From the NCBI GenBank assembly GCA_964461815.1, contig CAYWVF010000014.1, positions 1,515 to 65,514 on the forward strand: a stretch of 64,000 bases of DNA, written 5' to 3'. The notes under the pieces are model-generated. The model was not told the origin of the DNA. It worked only from the letters and a program-made list of their open reading frames with translations, and made no database searches. Below are positions 1 through 8,755 of the stretch, piece after piece (the first letter of the stretch is position 1; every line of letters starts with the position of its first letter). Both the position numbers and the translations under genes were made by a program. Source of the stretch: an uncultured Oscillospiraceae bacterium. Its GTDB lineage: Bacteria > Bacillota > Clostridia > Oscillospirales > QAMX01.

Positions 1-3
1 AGA

Positions 4-582
4 ATGTATCTGCCGACAGCTTTACCGCTGGTTATGATGGGAGAAACACTCTTTGATAAGGAGCTTGATTACGAGGCTCTTTGCAACAGGTATTTTATCG
101 GCGCTTTCGGAGAGGACGGACTGAAATGCCGTGAGTATCTCGAGACACTCTCCGAGCTTTTCTGCCCGGGTAATATGCGCTCAAGCGGTAAAAATGGGGT
201 AGATGAGGACGGTATTGTGACAAATGATGAGCTGCCAAGGATATGGATCGACAATCCCGAGGTAGCTGAAAAAACGTCGAAGATACCCGATGTGCTCAAA
301 GCCTTTATGCCTGTGATAGAGAAAAATATGCTGCTGGAGAACAGCTGCCAAAGGCTGTCGTGGACATACCTGAGATATCATGCACATATGTGTTCATACC
401 TGTGGAAGGTAGTCAATGCAGGTGCAAACGGCGATATGGACAAGGCGAGAGAAGAATACGATAAGCTGGAGCTGTACATTTCAAAGATCGAGATGGATAT
501 TCACAACGTGTTTGATCTGTTCCTCTTTGAAAGAAGCTTACGTGCGAAGCTCGAGCTTCCGTCTTATCCGTATTACAGCTGA
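4..582 (+). CDS. Hypothetical protein, C-terminal fragment (gene starts upstream of the window)
   Basis: ORF open at the window start and closed by a stop at 582. No motif I can assign with confidence. Followed by a hairpin terminator. Confidence 0.4.
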   Translation: MYLPTALPLVMMGETLFDKELDYEALCNRYFIGAFGEDGLKCREYLETLSELFCPGNMRSSGKNGVDEDGIVTNDELPRIWIDNPEVAEKTSKIPDVLKAFMPVIEKNMLLENSCQRLSWTYLRYHAHMCSYLWKVVNAGANGDMDKAREEYDKLELYISKIEMDIHNVFDLFLFERSLRAKLELPSYPYYS

Positions 583-594
583 GTATAAAAGAAA

Positions 595-637
595 ACACAT
601 GCATCACAGTAGGACTGTGTGCATGTGTTTTGTTATT
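595..637 (+). terminator. Rho-independent terminator candidate
   Basis: 9-bp stem ACACATGCA / TGCATGTGT followed by TTTTGTTATT. Confidence 0.5.
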
Positions 638-682
638 CTTATAAGGATGTAGCGTGAAGACTGCTATATGAACTGACCTGAT

Positions 683-2062
683 TTACAGCTCATCTGCAAG
701 TACCTTTCTCTTTTTCCATCTGCCGAGCAAGAAATAGATCATGCCGGGAATAGCACATCCGTAGGCAGCTACACCGTAGCCGAGAACGAAGCCGTAGAAG
801 CCCCAGTTTAAAATGATGCCGCATAGCCAGCTCAGACCGATTCGCAGCACGACACCGTCAAGAAGTGCAAGTATCATGCTGAGTCTTGCGTTGCCGATGC
901 CCTGTATAAATGCACTCGAACCGCGCATGATGGCGAGAGCAGGGAACATCCAAAGTATAGCGCTGATAAATGTACCTGACAGTTCATGAACACTGGGATC
1001 GTTGGAGAACATCATGAACAGCTGCTTGCCGAAGCAGAGATAAAGCACGATGCACAGTACAGTCAGTCCAAGTGAATAAGCCCATGCATAATAGACTATA
1101 TGCTGACTGCGCTTTTCCTGACGTGCGCCGATGTTCTGACTTATCATAGGCATTGCGGCATACTGTATGCCCTGAGAGATCTTGTTTATGATATCATCAA
1201 TACGTACACCTACACCGAATGTTGCGGATGCGACCACGCCTATACTGTTTACCATGGAGTTTACAAACATCATAGACAGATTTATACATCCTGACTGTAT
1301 TGCCATAGGTGTGCCGAGATCAAGGATCATTTTCGTGTAGTGTCCGTTTAAGATGAAATGCTCCTTTTTGAAATCAAATCCGAAGCTTTCTCTGTGCTTG
1401 TAGAGGTAGTAAAGTGAGAAGATGAACGATACAGCCTGACCGATAATGGTAGCCCATGCAGCACCTGCAACGCCCCATTTGAATACACCTGTGAACAGTA
1501 TATCGAGCACAAGGTTTACTGCCGATGCAATACCGATGAACAGGAACGGTCTCTTAGAGTCACCCATGCCGCGAAGAACAGCGGATACCATGTTATAGCC
1601 TGCCGTAAAGACGAGTCCGGCTCCGCATATTATCAGATAATCGAGAGCCATGGAGTATGATTCCGTAGGCATATTCATTACATCCATGATCCATGTACGT
1701 GCAAGCAGTATGATCGCCGAAAGGATTATGGCTATGATGATTATGAGGCTGAATAACGTACCGATTATATTGCTCATTTCCTTATGCTTTTTCGCACCGA
1801 GAGCCTGAGAGATAAGCACCTGCCCGGCGTTGGAGAAGCCGAGACATACCATTGTGGCAAAATTAAGTATCAGACTGCTCTGCGATACGGCTGAAAGACC
1901 CGGTGTACCTACGTACTCACCTACGATCACCATGTCGATAGTGCTGTAAAATACCTGTAATGCATTTGATGCCATAAACGGTAGCGAAAAGAGCAAAAGC
2001 TGCTTTGCTATGTTTCCTTGAGTGAAGTCCTTTGTAAGACTGTTCGTTTTCATTTTTTGCAA
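683..2062 (-). CDS. MATE family efflux transporter
   Basis: 459 aa, about 12 predicted TM helices. Typical MATE N-terminus and duplicated 6-TM architecture. Confidence 0.85.
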   Translation of the reverse strand: MQKMKTNSLTKDFTQGNIAKQLLLFSLPFMASNALQVFYSTIDMVIVGEYVGTPGLSAVSQSSLILNFATMVCLGFSNAGQVLISQALGAKKHKEMSNIIGTLFSLIIIIAIILSAIILLARTWIMDVMNMPTESYSMALDYLIICGAGLVFTAGYNMVSAVLRGMGDSKRPFLFIGIASAVNLVLDILFTGVFKWGVAGAAWATIIGQAVSFIFSLYYLYKHRESFGFDFKKEHFILNGHYTKMILDLGTPMAIQSGCINLSMMFVNSMVNSIGVVASATFGVGVRIDDIINKISQGIQYAAMPMISQNIGARQEKRSQHIVYYAWAYSLGLTVLCIVLYLCFGKQLFMMFSNDPSVHELSGTFISAILWMFPALAIMRGSSAFIQGIGNARLSMILALLDGVVLRIGLSWLCGIILNWGFYGFVLGYGVAAYGCAIPGMIYFLLGRWKKRKVLADEL

Positions 2063-2161
2063 TGATCCTTTCTTGTCAATATATCGATCTATAAAAAGTA
2101 AAAATGTAAGACATCGAACTAAATTATATCATATATTTGAGGCTATTGCAATAAGCTCAAG

Positions 2162-2194
2162 TATATAAATAAAAGTGCAGTCTAGCTGCACTTT
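2162..2194 (-). terminator. Rho-independent terminator downstream of the GH42 gene
   Basis: Stem AAAGTGCAG / CTGCACTTT with a 5-nt loop. A U-run follows on the minus strand (TTTTATTTAT). Confidence 0.5.
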
Positions 2195-2221
2195 TACGTT
2201 TACAGATAATTATTAAAGCTT

Positions 2222-4204
2222 TTAATTGTCTTTTTTCAGGATGACTACATCGTAGGGAGCGAGCTTGATCTTATCGCAGACGGTATCACCCGTGACAAGA
2301 TTTTTCATTTTTCCGCTGAACCTGTATTCAGCACAGTTTTTACCGGAATATTCTATCAGCATAACGCCGTCGTAGCCATTACCCTTACGTGGAGAAACGA
2401 TCACCTTGCCGTCTGCGCTGCCGTAAGAGATACCGGCGTAATCACAAGCGATGGCGTATATTCTTTTCAGCTCATCGTATTCCGGGAATGTGCCGAGTAT
2501 TATTACGTGCCCCTGTCCGACCTTGCGGTGGATGACGCAAGCTTTATTGACTATAGCACTGTGACCGTTCGTGACAGATACGAGTGTATTTTCGCTGTCC
2601 TCATCGAATATATCATACCATATGCCGCCGTTAAATTTATCGCCGTTGCTCCATGCAGCACCTATTTCCTTATCTCTGTCGGGTATACCGTAGAGCCACC
2701 TTGCACCGGTAAGCTCCTCGAGTATTCCGTACGGCTTATGCTTGTAGCGAGCTCCTACATTGTCACGAATATCGGAGAACGGGCCGACTATCCACGTACC
2801 TCCGTTTCTCACCCAGTCGCATATACGGCTTTGCAGTTCACCCTCTTCAAGTGTCAGCATAAGAGGCGATATGATGAGCTTATACTTGTCAAGCTCCTCG
2901 TATGCATCGATCAGATCGGGACGCAGGCCACTGTCGATGACAGGCTTATAAAAATCGTATATATGCCATGGATCCATATTCTTGACGATAGGCTGCGAGG
3001 TGAGCATATTATAGTTGCGTGATGTAAAATGAATGCCGACCTGTGTCTCAACCTTTGTATTATTGATAAAATCCGAAGCCTTTGACATGATATCGGCTGT
3101 CTGCTGCACCTCACCGAAGACGTGCATCGGCCTGCCGGAGCTGTCCAGTACAGAACCGTGTACAAGCTCGTGACCTGCCCAATGTGTGCGCCACAGCCAG
3201 TACATATTGGCTTCACCGCCAAGTGCTATCGGCATCATGGAGTTGGCTATGCAGAAGCCCTCGGGCTTTACGCTCTGATTTATAGCAACAGAACCGTTCC
3301 AACATGTGGCGGTTTCCGTGTTCCAGAACGGACGAGGCTTCATGACTCGTAAATAGTCGAACCACAGAGCGACGTTGAACAGATTATCCGGCTCGTTGTA
3401 GTGGTTGAACTGGACGATATCAAGCTTTGAGTTGAGCTTTCTGTAATCCATACCGTTGACGGGCATTGTATCGGTACCTATTGGAGCTGATGTATATTTG
3501 TGAAGTATGTCAGACTGCATATGAACGAAGTCGATGTGACTGTTCTGATGGAAGGTCATCCACTCGAGACGCAGATGTGGATTGTGCCATGCATCACGAG
3601 GAGCGGGGATCTCGTCAAAGCTGTCATATGCCTGACTGAACAGGTTCAAATTCCACCTTGAATTGAGATTTTCTATATCTGTGTATTGCTCATGCAGATA
3701 TTCATGAAAGCGTCTCATGCATTCCGGGCAAAAGCAATTGTCACCGTAGATCTCGTTGTCGATCTGCCAGCCGATAATGTATGGGTCATTACCGAATTCC
3801 TCACCCATCCTTTGCACTATCCTTGCGCTGTACTCACGGTAGTGAGGATTGTTGGAGCAGCAGTGACGTCTGCCGCCATGAGATGCTCTGCGACCGTTTT
3901 CGTATTCCGTAAATACATCGGGATAAAGCTTTGACAGCCATCTCGGAGGCGTAGCGGTAGGAGTACCCATGACAACGGCTATCCCGGCTTCACCTAGCTT
4001 ATTTACTACACTGTGAAGCCATTCGAAATCATATTCTCCGGGTCTCGGTTCCATCTTATGCCATGCGAATTCGGCAATACGTGCAACGTTTATACCTGCC
4101 TCCTTCATTTTACTTATATCATATTCCTGCTCACTGTCGTCCCAGTCCTCGGGATAGTAGGCAACGCCAAGATACGGAGGCATAAATTTATTGTTTTCCA
4201 TCAT
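2222..4204 (-). CDS. Beta-galactosidase, glycoside hydrolase family 42
   Basis: 660 aa. N-terminus GVAYYPEDW...GINVARIAEFAWHKMEP is the GH42 TIM-barrel signature. Length fits the GH42 three-domain architecture. Confidence 0.9.
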   Translation of the reverse strand: MMENNKFMPPYLGVAYYPEDWDDSEQEYDISKMKEAGINVARIAEFAWHKMEPRPGEYDFEWLHSVVNKLGEAGIAVVMGTPTATPPRWLSKLYPDVFTEYENGRRASHGGRRHCCSNNPHYREYSARIVQRMGEEFGNDPYIIGWQIDNEIYGDNCFCPECMRRFHEYLHEQYTDIENLNSRWNLNLFSQAYDSFDEIPAPRDAWHNPHLRLEWMTFHQNSHIDFVHMQSDILHKYTSAPIGTDTMPVNGMDYRKLNSKLDIVQFNHYNEPDNLFNVALWFDYLRVMKPRPFWNTETATCWNGSVAINQSVKPEGFCIANSMMPIALGGEANMYWLWRTHWAGHELVHGSVLDSSGRPMHVFGEVQQTADIMSKASDFINNTKVETQVGIHFTSRNYNMLTSQPIVKNMDPWHIYDFYKPVIDSGLRPDLIDAYEELDKYKLIISPLMLTLEEGELQSRICDWVRNGGTWIVGPFSDIRDNVGARYKHKPYGILEELTGARWLYGIPDRDKEIGAAWSNGDKFNGGIWYDIFDEDSENTLVSVTNGHSAIVNKACVIHRKVGQGHVIILGTFPEYDELKRIYAIACDYAGISYGSADGKVIVSPRKGNGYDGVMLIEYSGKNCAEYRFSGKMKNLVTGDTVCDKIKLAPYDVVILKKDN

Positions 4205-4286
4205 ATCACACTTTGTCTCCTTATAAACAGTATAATAAAATCATGTACATATCCATATTATACATTAGATACGGCGGTATTGCAAT

Positions 4287-4328
4287 AAAAAAAGCGGCAG
4301 CATGAACACGTGGTTCAACACTGCCGTA
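4287..4328 (-). terminator. Rho-independent terminator downstream of bcp
   Basis: Stem CGGCAG / CTGCCG followed on the minus strand by CTTTTTTTATT. Confidence 0.5.
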
Positions 4329-4332
4329 GCTT

Positions 4333-4785
4333 TTAAAGATATTCAAGTATTTCAGCTGCGTTTGTATCGGGCTTTACCTTTGGCATAGCCTTTTTAATAA
4401 AGCCGTTTTCGTCTATAATATAAGTTGAGCGCACGACTCCCATACTGACCTTTCCATAAAGCTTTTTCTCCTGCCATACATCATATGCCTGTATAGCCGT
4501 AAGCTCCGGATCGGATAATAAAATAAATGGCAGTTCATATTTCTCAGCAAATTTTTTGTGCGATGCTACAGAATCCTTGCTTATACCGATTACGATAATA
4601 TCCTTTGCTTTGAAGCTGTCATATGCCGCTGCAAATGCACATGCCTGTCTGGTGCAGCCGGGAGTGTTATCCTTTGGATAGAAATATAAAACTATCTTCT
4701 TGCCTAAAAAATCGGATAGACTGACGTCGTTTCCGTTACTGTCCTTTAATGTAAAGCTCGGTGCTTTGATCCCTGTCTCAAGCAT
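4333..4785 (-). CDS. bcp: Thioredoxin-dependent thiol peroxidase (peroxiredoxin Bcp)
   Basis: 150 aa. Catalytic motif PKDNTPGCTRQACAF (peroxidatic Cys in the TPGCT context) characteristic of Bcp/PrxQ. Confidence 0.9.
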   Translation of the reverse strand: MLETGIKAPSFTLKDSNGNDVSLSDFLGKKIVLYFYPKDNTPGCTRQACAFAAAYDSFKAKDIIVIGISKDSVASHKKFAEKYELPFILLSDPELTAIQAYDVWQEKKLYGKVSMGVVRSTYIIDENGFIKKAMPKVKPDTNAAEILEYL

Positions 4786-5515
4786 CGGTTACAGACCTCC
4801 TTTGATTCAGTTCAGTCCTGCGCTCCTTCCAGTCCGGCATCAGCCGTGAAAGCAGAGCGTAGAACTGCTTTGAGTGATTTGCGTGGATAAAGTGACAAAA
4901 TTCGTGCACTATAACGTATTCTATACAGCCTTCGGGATGCTCGATAAGCTTTTTATTCAGTGTTACGAGCTTTTTGCTTACGTGACACGTTCCCCAGCGA
5001 GATCTCATGCTCCTTGTACGCAAACGTGGCATTTCTATTCCGAATACGTGGAATGTGGGATAAATATCATCCATAAGCCTTTGAAAAACCGATAGGCATA
5101 GCGAGTCGGTGAACTTCTGATATACACGCTGCTTTTCGCAAAGATCGTTTATATCGGTCACATGCAGATAAATGAACTCTCGGTCGTATTCAACATACCT
5201 CTGTTCGTCTTGCATGAGCTTTAGTCGTAAAGACTGTCCTAAAAGACATAGCACGTCATTTTCCTCGTATTTGAGCTCGGCAGGCTCGGCTGCACGAAGA
5301 AGCGAAAACCTTTGGAGAGCATCCAGTATAAACTGTCCCTTTGATATAACAAACTCGTCTACCCGACTGACCGAAACAGTGCGATTTGCGGAAACATAAA
5401 CAGCACCGTCATACTTGACACGCATGTTCAGATTCTTTACGTTCTTTCGCTCAAGCTGATACGAGATCTCTGCGCCATTATAATAAACCGTGCGAAATGA
5501 AATATTTCTTGCCAT
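4778..5515 (-). CDS. YgjP-like (DUF45) M48-family zinc metallohydrolase
   Basis: HEFCHFIHANH (HExxH) near the C-terminus. Start chosen at MARNISF with a GAGGAA ribosome-binding site. Overlaps bcp by 8 nt, suggesting co-transcription. Confidence 0.75.
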   Translation of the reverse strand: MARNISFRTVYYNGAEISYQLERKNVKNLNMRVKYDGAVYVSANRTVSVSRVDEFVISKGQFILDALQRFSLLRAAEPAELKYEENDVLCLLGQSLRLKLMQDEQRYVEYDREFIYLHVTDINDLCEKQRVYQKFTDSLCLSVFQRLMDDIYPTFHVFGIEMPRLRTRSMRSRWGTCHVSKKLVTLNKKLIEHPEGCIEYVIVHEFCHFIHANHSKQFYALLSRLMPDWKERRTELNQRRSVTDA

Positions 5516-5686
5516 AATATTGGGTTCCTCGTAAATATATGTTATAGCATACCATATTGAGTGTGCTGATTGCAATGAAAAATGCAAAAATTCATAAATT
5601 ATTCACATGACAGAACTTTTCTTTATGGAATATTTATATGGGATAATGTATAATTATTATATATGCATAAGATGAGAGAGGTAGAG

Positions 5687-6793
5687 ATGAAAAGATTAAA
5701 GACGTTGTTTCCCATATCGGTAAAGGACACACTGCTGGCTGTGGCGATAATGGTGAGCGCAGCGCTTGTGTGCATGTTGTTGAGAACATTTGACGACGGT
5801 GACATATATGTTTCAATGATATTTCTGCTTGCTGTATTTCTGGTGTCAAGGAATACGACGGGGTATTTTTACGGAATAGCATCATCGATAATGAGCGTTT
5901 TTTTCGTAAATTATGTGTTTACAGAGCCTTATATGGCGTTTAATTTTACATTATCTGGATATCCGACTACATTTGTATGTATGCTGCTGGTGTCTGTTAT
6001 AACAAGTGTTATGACGACTCAGGTGAAAGAGCGCGAAAAGCTCAAAAAGGAAGCCGATACCGAAAAAATGCGCTCAAATTTACTCAGAGCCGTATCGCAT
6101 GACCTCAGAACACCGCTGACCTCTATACTCGGCTCGGTATCCGCTGTGCTTGAAAACGGAAATGCACTGGGCGAAAAGAAATGCCGTGAGCTTATACTTG
6201 ATGTAAAGAATGATGCCGAATGGCTGATCAGAATGGTAGAAAATCTGCTGACGGTCACGAGGATCGGTGAGGGACGTGCAGAGCTTCAAAAAATACCGCA
6301 GGCAGTTGAGGAGATAGTAGCGGAGTCCGTTGAAAAATATAAGAAGAGATGGAGCAGAAGACTCGAGGTCGGGTCGGAACAGAGCAAAGTAAACCCATCT
6401 ACACCGCCTGTAACGGTGAGTGTACCCGACGATTTTCTGCTTGTGCCAATGGACGCATTGCTCATAGAGCAGGTCATTATTAATTTGATAGAAAATGCTG
6501 CATTACATGCAAAAAATGCGAAGAATATATGGCTCAGAGTGCGAAAGAATCATGATTCGGCTGTATTTGAGGTGCAGGATGACGGAAGCGGCATAGCACC
6601 CGAGCTGATGGATCATATTTTTGACGGCTATTTCAGTAGAGAAAAGGTAAACGGAGGAGATACAAGACGTGATATGGGCATAGGCTTATCGGTGTGTAAA
6701 TCTATAATAAATGCACACGGAGGGACGATGAAAGCCGAAAATTTGCCTGAGGGTGGAGCAAAGTTTACTTTTGCACTTCCGCTGGAGAAATAA
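5687..6793 (+). CDS. Sensor histidine kinase, KdpD C-terminal type (DUF4118 TM domain + HisKA + HATPase), lacking the KdpD N-terminal/Usp domains
   Basis: Start at MKRLKTLF with an upstream AGAGAGGTAGAG ribosome-binding site. Three to four TM helices resembling DUF4118. H-box RAVSHDLRTPLTSILG. G-box region DDGSGIAPE...GIGLSV. Confidence 0.8.
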   Translation: MKRLKTLFPISVKDTLLAVAIMVSAALVCMLLRTFDDGDIYVSMIFLLAVFLVSRNTTGYFYGIASSIMSVFFVNYVFTEPYMAFNFTLSGYPTTFVCMLLVSVITSVMTTQVKEREKLKKEADTEKMRSNLLRAVSHDLRTPLTSILGSVSAVLENGNALGEKKCRELILDVKNDAEWLIRMVENLLTVTRIGEGRAELQKIPQAVEEIVAESVEKYKKRWSRRLEVGSEQSKVNPSTPPVTVSVPDDFLLVPMDALLIEQVIINLIENAALHAKNAKNIWLRVRKNHDSAVFEVQDDGSGIAPELMDHIFDGYFSREKVNGGDTRRDMGIGLSVCKSIINAHGGTMKAENLPEGGAKFTFALPLEK

Positions 6794-6808
6794 AGGAGAT
6801 TTAAGGGT

Positions 6809-7513
6809 ATGGGAAATAAGCAGTGTATTTTGATAGTTGAAGACGAGAGCAGTATATCAAACTTCATGTCTGCGATGCTTGCGGCAAATGAATACTCTGT
6901 AATTAATGCCAAAAACGGACAGCAGGCAATGACGATGATAGCCTCACACTGCCCCGATCTGATCCTTTTGGATCTTGGCTTGCCTGATATGGACGGACTC
7001 GATATAATACAAAGTGTACGTAAATGGGCTTCAATACCTATTATAGTAGTATCTGCACGAGACAGAGAGCGTGACAAGGTAGAAGCACTTGACGCAGGTG
7101 CAGACGATTATATTACAAAGCCCTTCGGAACATCGGAAATGCTTGCGAGGATACGTACCGCTCTCCGCCATGGCTTCGGCACGGTAGAGTCAAAAACGAA
7201 TATGCCGAGGATGTACTCGTCAGGCGGCTTGACGGTGGATATTGAGCGGCGGCGTGTAAGTGTTGATGGGACCGAGGTGCATCTTACGCAGATAGAGTTT
7301 AAGATAGTAGCACTGCTGACAAAGTACTCGGGTAAAGTGCTCACGTATGATTTTATTTTAAGAAATATTTGGGGTCCGTATACAGATAGAGATAATCAGA
7401 TACTGCGTGTAAATATGGCGAATATAAGACGAAAGCTTGAAACAAATCCTGCCGAACCGAAGTATATACAGACTGAGGTCGGTGTGGGCTACAGAATGGC
7501 TGAGTGCGAGTAA
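6809..7513 (+). CDS. OmpR-family response regulator, KdpE-like
   Basis: Receiver domain (ILIVEDE ... DLILLDLGLPDMDG). Winged-helix C-terminus (LTQIEFKIVALL...RRKLE). Confidence 0.85.
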   Translation: MGNKQCILIVEDESSISNFMSAMLAANEYSVINAKNGQQAMTMIASHCPDLILLDLGLPDMDGLDIIQSVRKWASIPIIVVSARDRERDKVEALDAGADDYITKPFGTSEMLARIRTALRHGFGTVESKTNMPRMYSSGGLTVDIERRRVSVDGTEVHLTQIEFKIVALLTKYSGKVLTYDFILRNIWGPYTDRDNQILRVNMANIRRKLETNPAEPKYIQTEVGVGYRMAECE

Positions 7514-7515
7514 AT

Positions 7516-7556
7516 AAAAACGGCATACCTGTCAGAAAACAGATATGCCGTTTTAT
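7516..7556. terminator. Bidirectional rho-independent terminator
   Basis: AAAACGGCATA ...loop... TATGCCGTTTT with A/T runs on both sides. Lies between convergent genes. Confidence 0.6.
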
Positions 7557-8741
7557 TTATTGCCATGTAAGCTCGATCACGATAGGCTCTGTGGGATAAT
7601 CGTCAATGGGAATGTTATAAATATGATGTGCAAAAGAGCAGTCGGGATCATTCCAAAGCTCCGGCATTTTTTCATATTTAATATTGAGCAGCTTGCCGCT
7701 GTTTAGAAGAACAGCCTTTGAGAGCGTTCCGGGTAAAGCGGCAAAGCTTATTCCTGTAGAGCTGAGCCCATTGTAGAAATGCAGATATGTCTTGCCATTC
7801 TTTTTCAGAGCAATGAATTTATCATCACTGTATAGCTTGTACTCGAATGTATCGGGTACAGTATTTTCAAGTGCTCCGTCGAGCTTTGTATACCATTCGC
7901 CGATGCGCTTAATGATTTTACAAGCTTCAGAGGATATCTCACCGTTTGCCATCGGTCCTACGTTTAACAGATAGCTGCCACCCATAGCCATGATCTTGTC
8001 TATCGATGACATGAGCATACGTTCGGAGTAATAATCCTCATTTGCTCTGTAGCCCCAGCTCTGCATTCCAACGGATTGACATGCCTCTGTCATATGTACA
8101 AACCGTGTTCCGTCGGGAACGGTGCGCTCCGGAGTAGAAAAATCACCTTCGTCATAGCCTCTGTCATTGATAAGTATGCCCGGCTGAAGATGGCGCACGA
8201 GCTCATTTATGCTCCTGTCCTCAAATTTTGGCGGTATATCCCAGAAGAAGGTATATATTTCTCCATAGTTAGTAAGCAGCTCTGTTATTTGTGCTTTTAC
8301 GAAGCTGATGTACTTTGCACGATCCGATGTTTCAGGCTCGGATCTCCATTGATGCGATGATAATGGGTTGTATGCATTTGGATGATGCCAGTCGGGATTT
8401 GAATAGTAGATAGACAACAGCATACCATGCTTTTTGCATGCGTCTGATAGCATTTTAAGGACATCCTTGCCGTAAGGAGTATTCATTATATTGTAAGAAG
8501 TGTATTTTGTATCCCACATACAGAAGCCGTCATGATGCTTTGCTGTAAAGCATATATATTTCATTCCGGCATTTTTTGCAAGCAGCACCCACTTTTCGGG
8601 ATCATATTCTGTAGGATTGAATTTCAGTGCAGCTTGTTCGTATTCTTCTTTTGGCAGATCCCAGCGTGCAAGAACCTGTTCATGAATTTCTAACAGAGAA
8701 TAAATACCCCAGTGGATAAACATCCCGAACTTATTTGACAT
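7557..8741 (-). CDS. Alpha-L-fucosidase, glycoside hydrolase family 29
   Basis: 394 aa. FGMFIHWGIYS...YICFTAKHHDGFCMWDT is the GH29 catalytic-domain signature. Confidence 0.9.
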   Translation of the reverse strand: MSNKFGMFIHWGIYSLLEIHEQVLARWDLPKEEYEQAALKFNPTEYDPEKWVLLAKNAGMKYICFTAKHHDGFCMWDTKYTSYNIMNTPYGKDVLKMLSDACKKHGMLLSIYYSNPDWHHPNAYNPLSSHQWRSEPETSDRAKYISFVKAQITELLTNYGEIYTFFWDIPPKFEDRSINELVRHLQPGILINDRGYDEGDFSTPERTVPDGTRFVHMTEACQSVGMQSWGYRANEDYYSERMLMSSIDKIMAMGGSYLLNVGPMANGEISSEACKIIKRIGEWYTKLDGALENTVPDTFEYKLYSDDKFIALKKNGKTYLHFYNGLSSTGISFAALPGTLSKAVLLNSGKLLNIKYEKMPELWNDPDCSFAHHIYNIPIDDYPTEPIVIELTWQ

Positions 8742-8755
8742 AAATGACCTCCTAC

